Shown here one piece after another: positions 1 to 8,913 of a stretch of DNA of 64,000 nucleotides. The DNA is from an uncultured Chitinophagaceae bacterium (GTDB lineage Bacteria > Bacteroidota > Bacteroidia > Chitinophagales > Chitinophagaceae). A model generated the notes under the pieces. The model was not told where the DNA came from. It was given only the letters and a program-made list of their open reading frames with translations, and did not search any database. Position numbers and translations under genes: made by a program. The stretch is taken from NCBI GenBank assembly GCA_964424665.1, contig CAYRJM010000001.1:15395-79394 (forward strand), written 5' to 3'. Position 1 is the stretch's first letter. Every line of letters begins with the position of its first letter.

Positions 1-616
1 TAATTCCCATTTGCTCCAGTCCGCCATCCAGCAGTCTGATCACTTCTAAAATCCTGTCCTTTTTCACCAGGTCGCAAGCTTCCCGCAAGGACACATGTGT
101 AGACACATGAACGACCCTGAAATTTTCCTCCGCCAGCAACATAGCATACTCGCTGGTATGAGTGTATTCTGCATAAATCTCTGTATGTCCTGAATAATGA
201 TGCCCCGCTTCATGAATAGCCTTTTTATTGATCGGGCCTGTCACCGTGGCGTCTAGCTTGCCATCAAGTGCCAATTCAATATTTTTTGTCACCGCCTGGA
301 ATGCCGCTTCGCCGGCCATAGCGGAAATTTCTCCGGGCCGTAATTTTTCTATGTCTACATTCCCTAGGTCATAGACATCCAATGTTTTGTAGACAAACCG
401 TGCTTCGGCAATGTTGTTCACTGAATGAATCTTTCCGTCCAACTGTAAAGCATCCATACACTTTTGCAACACCTCAGCATCACCAATGATGATCGGATTA
501 CATTTATCGTATACTTCTTCATTTAGCAATGCTTTCACGGCGATCTCCGGGCCAACACTTGCTGGATCGCCCATAGTAACACCAATTATAGGCTTGTGGT
601 TAGGTATCTTATACAT
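1..616 (-). CDS. PdxA-family NAD(P)-dependent dehydrogenase (4-hydroxythreonine-4-phosphate dehydrogenase-like). Only the N-terminal ~205 aa are in the window; the C-terminus lies beyond the window start.
   Basis: This ORF is not in the track because it runs off the edge. My own minus-strand translation from the ATG at 614-616 gives MYKIPNHKPIIGVTMGDPASVGPEIAVKALL...VTGPINKKAIHEAGHHYSGHTEIYAEY... The GDPAxxGPEI and GHTE motifs are typical of the PdxA family. The ATG overlaps the upstream stop codon (ATGTATAA), an 8-nt overlap. Confidence 0.8.
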   Translation of the reverse strand, partial: MYKIPNHKPIIGVTMGDPASVGPEIAVKALLNEEVYDKCNPIIIGDAEVLQKCMDALQLDGKIHSVNNIAEARFVYKTLDVYDLGNVDIEKLRPGEISAMAGEAAFQAVTKNIELALDGKLDATVTGPINKKAIHEAGHHYSGHTEIYAEYTHTSEYAMLLAEENFRVVHVSTHVSLREACDLVKKDRILEVIRLLDGGLEQMGI

Positions 617-1532
617 CCAATTCGTTTTTATGATTTGAATAATAGCGCTGAAATTGTTGAATAATTTCCGTTTCTTCTTCTTTGTTCATCCGGCGCAAAG
701 GTGGCAGTACATAAGCATGACATAGCGCCAGTTCCTGCATAATGACCTTTAACGCAGACAATGAATCCGGCAACAAGCGGTCTTTTTGATAAAGTGATCC
801 CAGCTCATCTGAAATCGTTTGCAGTTGGCTCGCCTTAAGATAATCCTGCACCTTCACTGCAGTTAATAATTTTTTGTATATGACCGGAAAGAGGTTCCCC
901 GAGCTGGGCACAACACCATCAGCACCAAGCTTCAGCGCTTCATAGGATTTGGCCGCCCAGCCAATAAAGTAGCTGAAATCACTTCTGTTCTTCCATCTTA
1001 AAACCGCCTCTTTGAATCTGTTTTCATCTCTCTGTGAGTCCTTCAATCCGACGATATTCTCATGTCGGCTCAACTGTTCAACCACCTCCAACGGAATACG
1101 CATCCCTGTCGTCGAAGGAATGTTATACAGCATCACCGGACAAGGGCTCTGATCAGCCAGGTCTTCGAACCATTTTAGCATGGCGGCAGCAGATAACGGA
1201 TACTGCGGTGGCAGATGCGCGACAAGGACATCTACACCGCTGTCTCCATATTTCTTTGCCAGGTCAATCATGTCGTCACGACAAACAGCCGATACCGATG
1301 CATAAAGCAGTACGTTTTTTCTTTTCCAGCGGACAAAACTGTCTATAACATCAAGTCTATTCGCTGTAGACAACGAAAGTCCTTCCCCGGTTGTTCCCAT
1401 CACAAAAGCATGACAGCCTTGTACAACTACACGCTCAAGGATTTTCTCCAGATGAACACGGTCTATTTTTAGTTCCCGGGTAAAAGGTGTTACCAGGGGC
1501 ACTATTACTCCTTCGTATTTTTTCATTTTCAT
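609..1532 (-). CDS. DHDPS/N-acetylneuraminate-lyase family class I aldolase (canonical motifs)
   Basis: 307-aa ORF. It carries FVMGTTGEGLSLS (the GTTGE motif), MLYNIP (the Tyr loop) and IVGLKDS (Schiff-base Lys context). There is a 2-nt gap to the upstream gene and an 8-nt overlap with the downstream gene. Confidence 0.85.
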   Translation of the reverse strand: MKMKKYEGVIVPLVTPFTRELKIDRVHLEKILERVVVQGCHAFVMGTTGEGLSLSTANRLDVIDSFVRWKRKNVLLYASVSAVCRDDMIDLAKKYGDSGVDVLVAHLPPQYPLSAAAMLKWFEDLADQSPCPVMLYNIPSTTGMRIPLEVVEQLSRHENIVGLKDSQRDENRFKEAVLRWKNRSDFSYFIGWAAKSYEALKLGADGVVPSSGNLFPVIYKKLLTAVKVQDYLKASQLQTISDELGSLYQKDRLLPDSLSALKVIMQELALCHAYVLPPLRRMNKEEETEIIQQFQRYYSNHKNELDV

Positions 1533-1534
1533 CT

Positions 1535-2686
1535 TTAATAAGCCGATTGATAAATTTTTATTGCATCCTTCAACTGTACCGCTCTTACATTATTTTTCAA
1601 TAACCTGGTAACCTTCATGGCGTCTGTTGCCATCTGTTCTATGGCATCTTCGGTGATGTTTAATGCTGATATGGTTAACGGCATATTACAATCCTTCATC
1701 AAGGTTTTAATTTTTTGAATTCCTGCCCGTGCAGTAGCTTCAGCAGTAGCTTTTCTGGGACATCCCATAGCCTCTGCTATCGCAGCATAGCGGTCAGGCG
1801 CAGCCGATAAATTAAAGTCCAGCACATGGGGAAGTAAAATGGCATTAGATAATCCGTGAGCAATATGAAAATGACTTCCCAAGGGATAAGATAACGCGTG
1901 CACAGCAGCCGTATTAACCGGACCCAAACAAATACCGCCAAACAGGCTTCCCCGCAACATCGCTGACCGCGCCTCCAGATCACGTCCATTCTGACAGGCC
2001 TGCACAATGTTAGCACTTATAAGCCGGATACCCTCAAGTGCATATACATCCACCAAGGGGTGTGCATATTCGTTCGCATATGCTTCAATACAGTGCGTAA
2101 GTGCATCTATTCCGGTAGCAGCGGTTACGGCGGGGGGAAGCGTAACCGTGAGCCCGGGATCCGCATAGACCACGTCCGGCATTAAAAACGGACTGATGAT
2201 TCCTTTTTTCTGATCATCTTTTTCATCAAGAAAAATTGCATTTGGCGAAACTTCACTTCCAGTGCCCGACGTTGTTGGCATACAGACCAACAGTAAATCA
2301 CGTCGCTTTAGTTTGTTAATCCCCACTATTTCCTCCAACGATTGTGTATTTTTCAGCTGTGCAGCCACTAATTTGGCTACATCCAGCACGCTACCGCCGC
2401 CTATTCCGATGATCCCGTCAGGATCTACTTCTTTGGCCATTTCCAATACGCGGTTGAAGTCCGCAAACGTGGGCTCTTTTTTGATGGAGGTATCAGTCGT
2501 TACCGCAATTCCGTTTATTTTTAATGTATTAAATAGCCTATCATCCAAAAGAGGGCAAACGTCAGATAACGTAACAACCAGAATTTTTTTTACATTCAGC
2601 GCATGTAAATCTTCTGCTAATTTCAGCATACATCCCGCACCAAAATTTAATTGGCGAGGTTGTGTAATCATTATTGAATCATTCAT
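1535..2686 (-). CDS. Iron-containing (group III) alcohol dehydrogenase; a FucO-like lactaldehyde/alcohol oxidoreductase is possible
   Basis: 383-aa ORF. It has the Fe-ADH glycine motif GIGGGSVLDVAK and the His cluster HALSYPLGSHFHIAHG. ATG start. Confidence 0.85.
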   Translation of the reverse strand: MNDSIMITQPRQLNFGAGCMLKLAEDLHALNVKKILVVTLSDVCPLLDDRLFNTLKINGIAVTTDTSIKKEPTFADFNRVLEMAKEVDPDGIIGIGGGSVLDVAKLVAAQLKNTQSLEEIVGINKLKRRDLLLVCMPTTSGTGSEVSPNAIFLDEKDDQKKGIISPFLMPDVVYADPGLTVTLPPAVTAATGIDALTHCIEAYANEYAHPLVDVYALEGIRLISANIVQACQNGRDLEARSAMLRGSLFGGICLGPVNTAAVHALSYPLGSHFHIAHGLSNAILLPHVLDFNLSAAPDRYAAIAEAMGCPRKATAEATARAGIQKIKTLMKDCNMPLTISALNITEDAIEQMATDAMKVTRLLKNNVRAVQLKDAIKIYQSAY

Positions 2687-2702
2687 ATCTCCTTCATTTT
2701 TT

Positions 2703-5033
2703 TCACTTGAGCATCAACCTGACATCTTTTTTCCTATGTTCAGGTATTACTGTTAACGATTCGATTTTCCCGTTTTTCAGGGTAGCCTCTACGGTAGTTT
2801 CAAAGGGGGCATGGAGTTTAAAATGCACATCTATGTCTTTAGGCCATGCGGGAAAGAGATAGATCTTTTTCCCCTTGGATTGTAACAGCATGGCTTGTAA
2901 CCCTATCATCCCCGACCCGCCCCAGTTGTGATCAGGCACCCAATCGAATCCGGGTCCCCAAAAAGCCGGGAACCGTCTTCCGGAATCCTTAAGTTTTAGA
3001 AAAGTCAGCTTCGCCGCTTCCTCCGTCAGCCCGAGACAGGCAGCAAAAATATTATCCTGTTTCCAACCCACGTAGCCTCTGTGGTTAATCGCGTCGGTAT
3101 CGTACTTCCAGGTATTTAGCGCAACCTGCAACCCCGGTCTGTCAATTCCATAAACATGCCAGGGAAAGACCGGATAAAGCTGGGGTGTTTCCGTATTATT
3201 GATCCGCTGCCATAATTCCGCCGGCGCAATCGTCTTATGTCCATTAAAATACCGAAAACTTAATGGGGGAATACGGTCTAACATCGTTTCCCACTTTTCT
3301 TTTTCTTCCTCAGTCAGATAGCTGTCAGGTAATGCCAACAGTTCTTTTAACACCGATCTTAATGCTACAACGGTCGTTGTAGCATTATAAGCCATTTTAT
3401 AGGTTTCCGCTGAAGACCCCGGATATAAAACCAAGTCGCCGTCTCCGTCAAATGTCTTACGTCCTCTTTTTTCAGCCAGATACTGATAATGGGCGTTAAA
3501 AAAAGTGAGGCAACTTTCGATAAATGGGATGTATTTCGATATATCCGCACCGGAATATTGGTGCATTTTCAGCATCATGTGACAAAATTCTAAAGCGGTA
3601 TCCCACTGATATTCCAGCCATGCATTGTATTGCATGCCCGGATCATAATCAGCCGGGCGCTCCCATCCGTACTCGCTGCAATTGGGCAGCCCGAAGTTTT
3701 CGAGTTGTTCGGTAAAACAGGCGCCTTGATGCCCCCAGTATACTTCGCTTCTTAACTCAGCGTTTTTTAAAATACGAAGATAAAAGTCAAAGGCTGCGCT
3801 CATCATATCAAAGTCACCACTCTTCAGCATGGGATAGTAAACGAGCCGTTGGTTTTGTTGCGTAAATGTTCCCCCGCCCCACCTTCTGAAGTCCGGGGTA
3901 AACGGCTTAGTCGAATCTACACATATCGGATCATAGGTAAACAGGCCTCCGTTAAATTTAGTCGGATACCTGCCATAGGCATTACATCCTAACATATACC
4001 TGAACAACTGATAATTACGTCCCGTTTGCCACGCAACAGCTTGCTTGTTTTGCTCATCTGATTCAATAAAAATAAAACTGCGGCTCCAGTACTGTCGCCA
4101 CCATTCTTTGGTTCTATCCCATGATTCCTCCACATCGGATACCTCTGCTTTTTTTAGTATCCCCATTTTCCAGGCTTTCAAAGGTTTTGCCCGGGTCGTC
4201 GACAAGGTGATTGAAAGGTCAAAGGAACGGGCAGGACGTTCACTCTCCAGTTTCCAGCCCCGGTAAGGTGTATGCAAATAGGTTCCATGGTAAGTACCGG
4301 CGGCAGAGAAATTATTACCGTGCATGAAACCTCCAAAGGTGAGGTCTTTTAAGGGATTAAACAATTGCGGTTTTACTCCGTCCAGTTTTTGTTGATGCAC
4401 CGTTACGTCAAAGATGGTATTCGGTTTATTGCGGTGATAAAACAATACTCCGTCATTTTTAAAATCAACCTCATCTTTGAATACCTTTACAACACCTTGA
4501 GGGGCAAACTTATAAGAGTTCTCATAGTTCTCTTTCCCTTTGACAATACGGTCCTTGTATCTCCAATTCTCATAGCCAATTTCCATACGGACAGCTTTGT
4601 TACTGTTCACTTCTAAATGAACAACAGGGCTAAAAACATCCACCCAAAGATGGACATCGACAGCATAATCTTTTTCTTTTCCGCTTATATAAACACTTCC
4701 GTCTGCTAAATTTAGCGTTTGTCTAAACTTACCATTATCAAACGGGTTGGGAAAAATACGCAACCGTACTCTTCCCAGCTTTAGCATCGCATTGTTTTCG
4801 TCAAAGGTTCCACTCCGTGCCAGGTAGAAGAAAACATTTCCGTCTTCCACCCAAACATTCAGGCCGACATCTCCGCCACCGCAGGGCATAGATTCGCCGG
4901 CGTCTTTGCTTTGGGAATGCCAAACAACATTGTTTTGGCTTAACGCTCCGGGATTCTGGGCGTGTACCTCTTGACGATGAAGCCCGCAGAATCCGGAAAG
5001 CAAAACAATAAATATGATGATGCTACTTTTCAA
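2703..5033 (-). CDS. Secreted GH95-related protein (DUF5703-like N-terminus); putative glycosidase
   Basis: 776-aa ORF with a signal peptide (MKSSIIIFIVLLSGFCG). The block SMPCGGGDVGLNVWVEDGNVFFYLARSGTFDENNAMLKLGRVRL matches what I recall as the DUF5703_N signature. The family call is from memory only. TTG start 3 nt after the upstream stop. Confidence 0.5.
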   Translation of the reverse strand: MKSSIIIFIVLLSGFCGLHRQEVHAQNPGALSQNNVVWHSQSKDAGESMPCGGGDVGLNVWVEDGNVFFYLARSGTFDENNAMLKLGRVRLRIFPNPFDNGKFRQTLNLADGSVYISGKEKDYAVDVHLWVDVFSPVVHLEVNSNKAVRMEIGYENWRYKDRIVKGKENYENSYKFAPQGVVKVFKDEVDFKNDGVLFYHRNKPNTIFDVTVHQQKLDGVKPQLFNPLKDLTFGGFMHGNNFSAAGTYHGTYLHTPYRGWKLESERPARSFDLSITLSTTRAKPLKAWKMGILKKAEVSDVEESWDRTKEWWRQYWSRSFIFIESDEQNKQAVAWQTGRNYQLFRYMLGCNAYGRYPTKFNGGLFTYDPICVDSTKPFTPDFRRWGGGTFTQQNQRLVYYPMLKSGDFDMMSAAFDFYLRILKNAELRSEVYWGHQGACFTEQLENFGLPNCSEYGWERPADYDPGMQYNAWLEYQWDTALEFCHMMLKMHQYSGADISKYIPFIESCLTFFNAHYQYLAEKRGRKTFDGDGDLVLYPGSSAETYKMAYNATTTVVALRSVLKELLALPDSYLTEEEKEKWETMLDRIPPLSFRYFNGHKTIAPAELWQRINNTETPQLYPVFPWHVYGIDRPGLQVALNTWKYDTDAINHRGYVGWKQDNIFAACLGLTEEAAKLTFLKLKDSGRRFPAFWGPGFDWVPDHNWGGSGMIGLQAMLLQSKGKKIYLFPAWPKDIDVHFKLHAPFETTVEATLKNGKIESLTVIPEHRKKDVRLMLK

Positions 5034-5036
5034 AGC

Positions 5037-7016
5037 CTATTCTTTAGTGACAATCATAATTCCGTTCATAGATAAATAGTGTCCCGGATAAGTACACAGG
5101 TAGGGATACTTCCCGGGTTTTTCTGGTGCTGTAAAATATATACTTTGCGCATGCCCGGGTTGTAAAAGACAGGTAGCTTGCAGCACTTCTTCTATATCCG
5201 GTACATACCCCTGATCCGGACCTGCCAACCCCATGTTTAACGCCGACTTGCCGATCTTATCTAACTGCCCGACCTGTCCGATAACCAGATTATGGAGCAT
5301 ATCATCCGTATTATTAAAAACAAGCTCTATATGGCTACCCGCCTTTACCTCAATTTTAGCTTTACTGAACCGAAGTCCGGGCTTGGTACCAATTGCGATC
5401 ACTTTATCCGGTCCGTTTTTCCATTCCGGCGGCAGCACCGTAACCGTCTTTAATTCATCCGCCGCGCAGACATCCGCTTTTGTATCCGTACCGGCGGATA
5501 GTTGATGATGGCCATTCCCACGGTGTTGAACATACCCTTCAGGAATATTATTTAAAGTGTAATAAGCAAACGTGTGAAGCAACCTTACACCGGAGTTTGA
5601 TTGAAGGTCATGAATTTTAACTTCATGAATATATCCAGCCCTTAGCCCGTCCACATATAACTTTACCGTTTTCCCGTCTTGCGACACCTCAACGTTTGTG
5701 ACCGGGCATTCTTGCTTATTAATGATAGGGCTGCCATAGCCACTATGATAGATATAGGTAAACCCGGTCACCGCATAAGAAGAAATCTTGCCTGCCATTT
5801 CTCTATTTACCGGCAGTGTAAATGCTATTTCAAAACCATAAGGTGTGGCGTGAATCGTCTTCATTTCAAAAGGCACTTTTCCCGTCCAGGTTAATCGTTG
5901 CAAGCCATAGGGTTTACCGCCCATTGAAGGCCAGCCTCTGCTGGTCATGCCAATATAAAGATCAGAGTTTTTTCCCCAGGCCAGCCTGAGAATACCTGAG
6001 GAAAAGCCCTTGCGAAAAGGGAAACAAGCCCCCTGGTATTCCCCTTTCACCTTTTCAAGTGCCACACGCATAATTTTACTCTGCCCCTGATCACCGATAA
6101 GCAACTGATCCTTAAAAGGGCCAAAGTCCGCCGGTGCGATATTCAAAACAGCAGAGGTGGAAATCCCCATAATACCTTGTGGAAACCACACGGAGGGGAG
6201 TTTGAGCGACGGATGCTCTTTATTAAATGCATACATTGTCCCTACCGAATCAGCGAACATATTGCGGTTTAGGCCATGTACGGTTGAAGAGGGATCGTGA
6301 CTCCATCTCAGTCCCATAGGATGTCCTGTAAAGTCTCCTTTTTCTATATGGGTAAGCCAACCGGATCCTATCCAATCGCCCTGGTTCTCCGTATAGAATA
6401 AATCGCCCTGCGCATTTAAGCCAAATCCCGCAGGAGAGCGCATGCCTGTCGCAACAGGAACCATTTTTCCTTCCGGCGAAATTTTCAGCATCCAGCCTCT
6501 CCACCTGGCCAGGCTTTCCATATGGCCGTGCGTCCATCCTAAGTTTAATGTGACGATCATGTCATCGTTAGGTAAGATCAATGGACCGTAGGAGTATTCA
6601 TGATAATTGCCGGACAACGGCCAGGCATATACTGTTTGGAAAAAATCGGCTTTCCCATCCTGGTCAGTATCGGTAATTTTTGTGAGCTCGCCACGCTGAG
6701 CAGTATAATAGGCCCCCTCATAAAAGGCCAGCCCTAAGGGCTCATGCAACCCGGAGGCAAATAACGTGTATTCAGGGTGCTTACTGCCAGGATGATCTAT
6801 CAACCAGATCTTCCCGTGGCGTGTAGCAACGGCCAACTGCCCATTTGCATTAAAAGCCATCCCTCCTACTTCTAATTTGACGGCATCCGGAACAGCAACG
6901 GTAGTTATCTTATAATAATCAGATTCTTCAGGCTGGTCGACGCCCTGACCATCTCCCGGGTAAAAAGCGCCCAGTAAAGCTAAAGTCAGGAACAACAGTC
7001 TGAATATCTTTTCCAT
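5037..7016 (-). CDS. Secreted glucose/sorbosone-dehydrogenase-like beta-propeller protein with a C-terminal azurin-type (type 1 copper) cupredoxin domain
   Basis: The track ORF is 5037..7022 with a TTG start. An ATG two codons in (7016) gives MEKIFRLLFLTLALLGA. Propeller motifs are DTDQDGKADF and GMRSPAGFGLNAQGDLFYTENQGDW. The C-terminus has MLHNLV ... CTYPGHYLSM, the azurin His/Cys/His/Met ligand pattern (compare azurin CTFPGHSALM). Confidence 0.75.
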   Translation of the reverse strand: MEKIFRLLFLTLALLGAFYPGDGQGVDQPEESDYYKITTVAVPDAVKLEVGGMAFNANGQLAVATRHGKIWLIDHPGSKHPEYTLFASGLHEPLGLAFYEGAYYTAQRGELTKITDTDQDGKADFFQTVYAWPLSGNYHEYSYGPLILPNDDMIVTLNLGWTHGHMESLARWRGWMLKISPEGKMVPVATGMRSPAGFGLNAQGDLFYTENQGDWIGSGWLTHIEKGDFTGHPMGLRWSHDPSSTVHGLNRNMFADSVGTMYAFNKEHPSLKLPSVWFPQGIMGISTSAVLNIAPADFGPFKDQLLIGDQGQSKIMRVALEKVKGEYQGACFPFRKGFSSGILRLAWGKNSDLYIGMTSRGWPSMGGKPYGLQRLTWTGKVPFEMKTIHATPYGFEIAFTLPVNREMAGKISSYAVTGFTYIYHSGYGSPIINKQECPVTNVEVSQDGKTVKLYVDGLRAGYIHEVKIHDLQSNSGVRLLHTFAYYTLNNIPEGYVQHRGNGHHQLSAGTDTKADVCAADELKTVTVLPPEWKNGPDKVIAIGTKPGLRFSKAKIEVKAGSHIELVFNNTDDMLHNLVIGQVGQLDKIGKSALNMGLAGPDQGYVPDIEEVLQATCLLQPGHAQSIYFTAPEKPGKYPYLCTYPGHYLSMNGIMIVTKE

Positions 7017-7027
7017 TTTCAACCAAT

Positions 7028-8899
7028 TTACCAGATAATATTATACTTGATACGCGCCACATTCCCCTGAGGTTTTAACGCAGCTACCAGTCTATAACCA
7101 TTTTCAACTTTAACGACTTCCGGTCTGGCCCCCGCGAGGTCCGTCAGATAATAATTATAATTATCTACAGCATAACTGCTATCCGGCAGTTTATCAATAA
7201 GGGCTCCTTCTGCAAGCAATACACATAAGTTTTCAGTCGCATTGTTAAAGGTTAAAGTAAGTTCTCTTTGCAAGCCTTTGCTGTTATCAACAGGATGAAT
7301 GTAATCGTTTACAGTGATATTTTTGTAGGTATAGGCAAACAGTGGCATCCCTTTGTCCGTCAGTCTATAGCTTCTGTTACGAAACACACCGGAATCAGCG
7401 GGAATATTTCGAGGCCATTCGTCTCCTTTATGCTGCATCATTTGAACTGTTGGTTTTCCTCCCAACACTGTAATTCCACCTAACGGAAGCGCCAACTGTT
7501 CTTCTCCCCTTGATCTCCACATGTCAGCAGCATCGATAAATCCCCCTCGCCAGACGCTAATAATATTATAATTATTCAGATTATATGCATAGTTTATCCC
7601 CCCGGGCAATCCAACGGCAATGACATGCGTGAGCTTCTCACCATCATGCATCATAAAACCGCGTTGAGTAACTGCTTTATCGGCCACCTCGACAATATAG
7701 GGTGCAGGAGCGGGCTTGGGAAATGCGGAAGAAGGCGTGCTAAGCAGGGTCTCCGGAATATGGGTCGCTTGATAACTCAATTTAAATTGTTGATATCTGT
7801 TATTATATACTAAAGCGAACAAATGATTCCCCTGATCTAAATGAACTTTCTCATAATGTGGTGTAAAATAATCTCCCGAGGTATCATTATCTACAACAAG
7901 CTGTGAATCTATCCACAACCAGGAAGGGCCACCGGCCTGAAGTTTAAAAATATATTCACCGTCAGCAGGGATGCTCATTGTTCCCTTATATACGCCTTGC
8001 TCATATTTATTGTAAGACAACTGAGATAGACTATCGGGTCGAAATATCCTAACTGGCTTAATCCGTTGTAATGTATCTAAGTTCGTATATAGGCTTTTAT
8101 ATACTTTAAGCGTCATGTCTTTTAAAGCGATTCTTTGAGGAATATACGTCCTGTACTTAATGTTCTTATACGCAACAGGACCGTGACTTCCTTGTATCTC
8201 CAGTGGACCCAAAGGCTGTTCATCTGAAAAATAGGATCCTAACGTGGGCAGGCTTGCTTCCACATTCTTTTGCACAAGGGCTCCATTTAAATACACATAT
8301 ACAAATTTGGCATTACTGATTTTCTTCCCTGAAGCATCAAAGCGGGGAGCCTGGAATCGAACTTTTAAATGTTGCCATAGTCCGGGGGCCTTACAGGCGT
8401 TAATCGCCGGAGCCTGCCCCTCGAAGCCCTGCCCATGAGCCATTCGTTCATAAATTCCGCCACAGTCTCCATATTGAAGGCTATCGTTTGGTTTCAGCCA
8501 ACTATCAAAGATTTGCACCTCATATCTTCCCATAAAATAAATACCTGAGTTAGAACCTTTAGGCATCATAAAATCCAACTCAAGATCAATATCTCCGTGC
8601 TTGAATTTCGTAAGAAGTTCTGCACGATCAGTATCGGTAGGCTTGCTCACTAAAATACCCGTACCTGGGCTTGTCTGCAGGCTATGAACAATGTTGCGGT
8701 TGGCATATACGGTTCCCGCGACCGACCAATTGTCATGATGATCAGAGCTGTATCTGAAATCAGAAATACTTTTCAAACTCAAATGCTCAAACGGTATGGC
8801 CGGCACCTTAGGTTCCTGGGTCTTATTTTTATCCTCCTGGTTCTTACAGGAAGTAAAAACAAGAAATAAAAGCAATAAAAAACCTAAATGTTTTCTCAT
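7028..8899 (-). CDS. Lipoprotein with an N-terminal DUF1080 (3-keto-disaccharide hydrolase family) domain, a central PA14 domain and an uncharacterised C-terminal half
   Basis: 623 aa. The lipobox is LVFTSC followed by KNQEDK. DUF1080 motifs are GSNSGIYFMGRYEVQIFDSW and LEIQGSHGPVAYKNIKYR. A PA14-like block reads GEYIFKLQAGGPSWLWIDSQLVVDND...VHLDQGNHLFALVYNN. Confidence 0.7.
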   Translation of the reverse strand: MRKHLGFLLLLFLVFTSCKNQEDKNKTQEPKVPAIPFEHLSLKSISDFRYSSDHHDNWSVAGTVYANRNIVHSLQTSPGTGILVSKPTDTDRAELLTKFKHGDIDLELDFMMPKGSNSGIYFMGRYEVQIFDSWLKPNDSLQYGDCGGIYERMAHGQGFEGQAPAINACKAPGLWQHLKVRFQAPRFDASGKKISNAKFVYVYLNGALVQKNVEASLPTLGSYFSDEQPLGPLEIQGSHGPVAYKNIKYRTYIPQRIALKDMTLKVYKSLYTNLDTLQRIKPVRIFRPDSLSQLSYNKYEQGVYKGTMSIPADGEYIFKLQAGGPSWLWIDSQLVVDNDTSGDYFTPHYEKVHLDQGNHLFALVYNNRYQQFKLSYQATHIPETLLSTPSSAFPKPAPAPYIVEVADKAVTQRGFMMHDGEKLTHVIAVGLPGGINYAYNLNNYNIISVWRGGFIDAADMWRSRGEEQLALPLGGITVLGGKPTVQMMQHKGDEWPRNIPADSGVFRNRSYRLTDKGMPLFAYTYKNITVNDYIHPVDNSKGLQRELTLTFNNATENLCVLLAEGALIDKLPDSSYAVDNYNYYLTDLAGARPEVVKVENGYRLVAALKPQGNVARIKYNIIW

Positions 8900-8913
8900 G
8901 AGCTTAATTAATT

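Noticed and set aside
2687-2702. An AGGAG Shine-Dalgarno-like sequence upstream of the Fe-ADH gene
   Set aside because: The AGGAG ends only 2 nt before the ATG, which is too close for a functional SD. Other genes in the window lack SD motifs, as expected for Bacteroidota.
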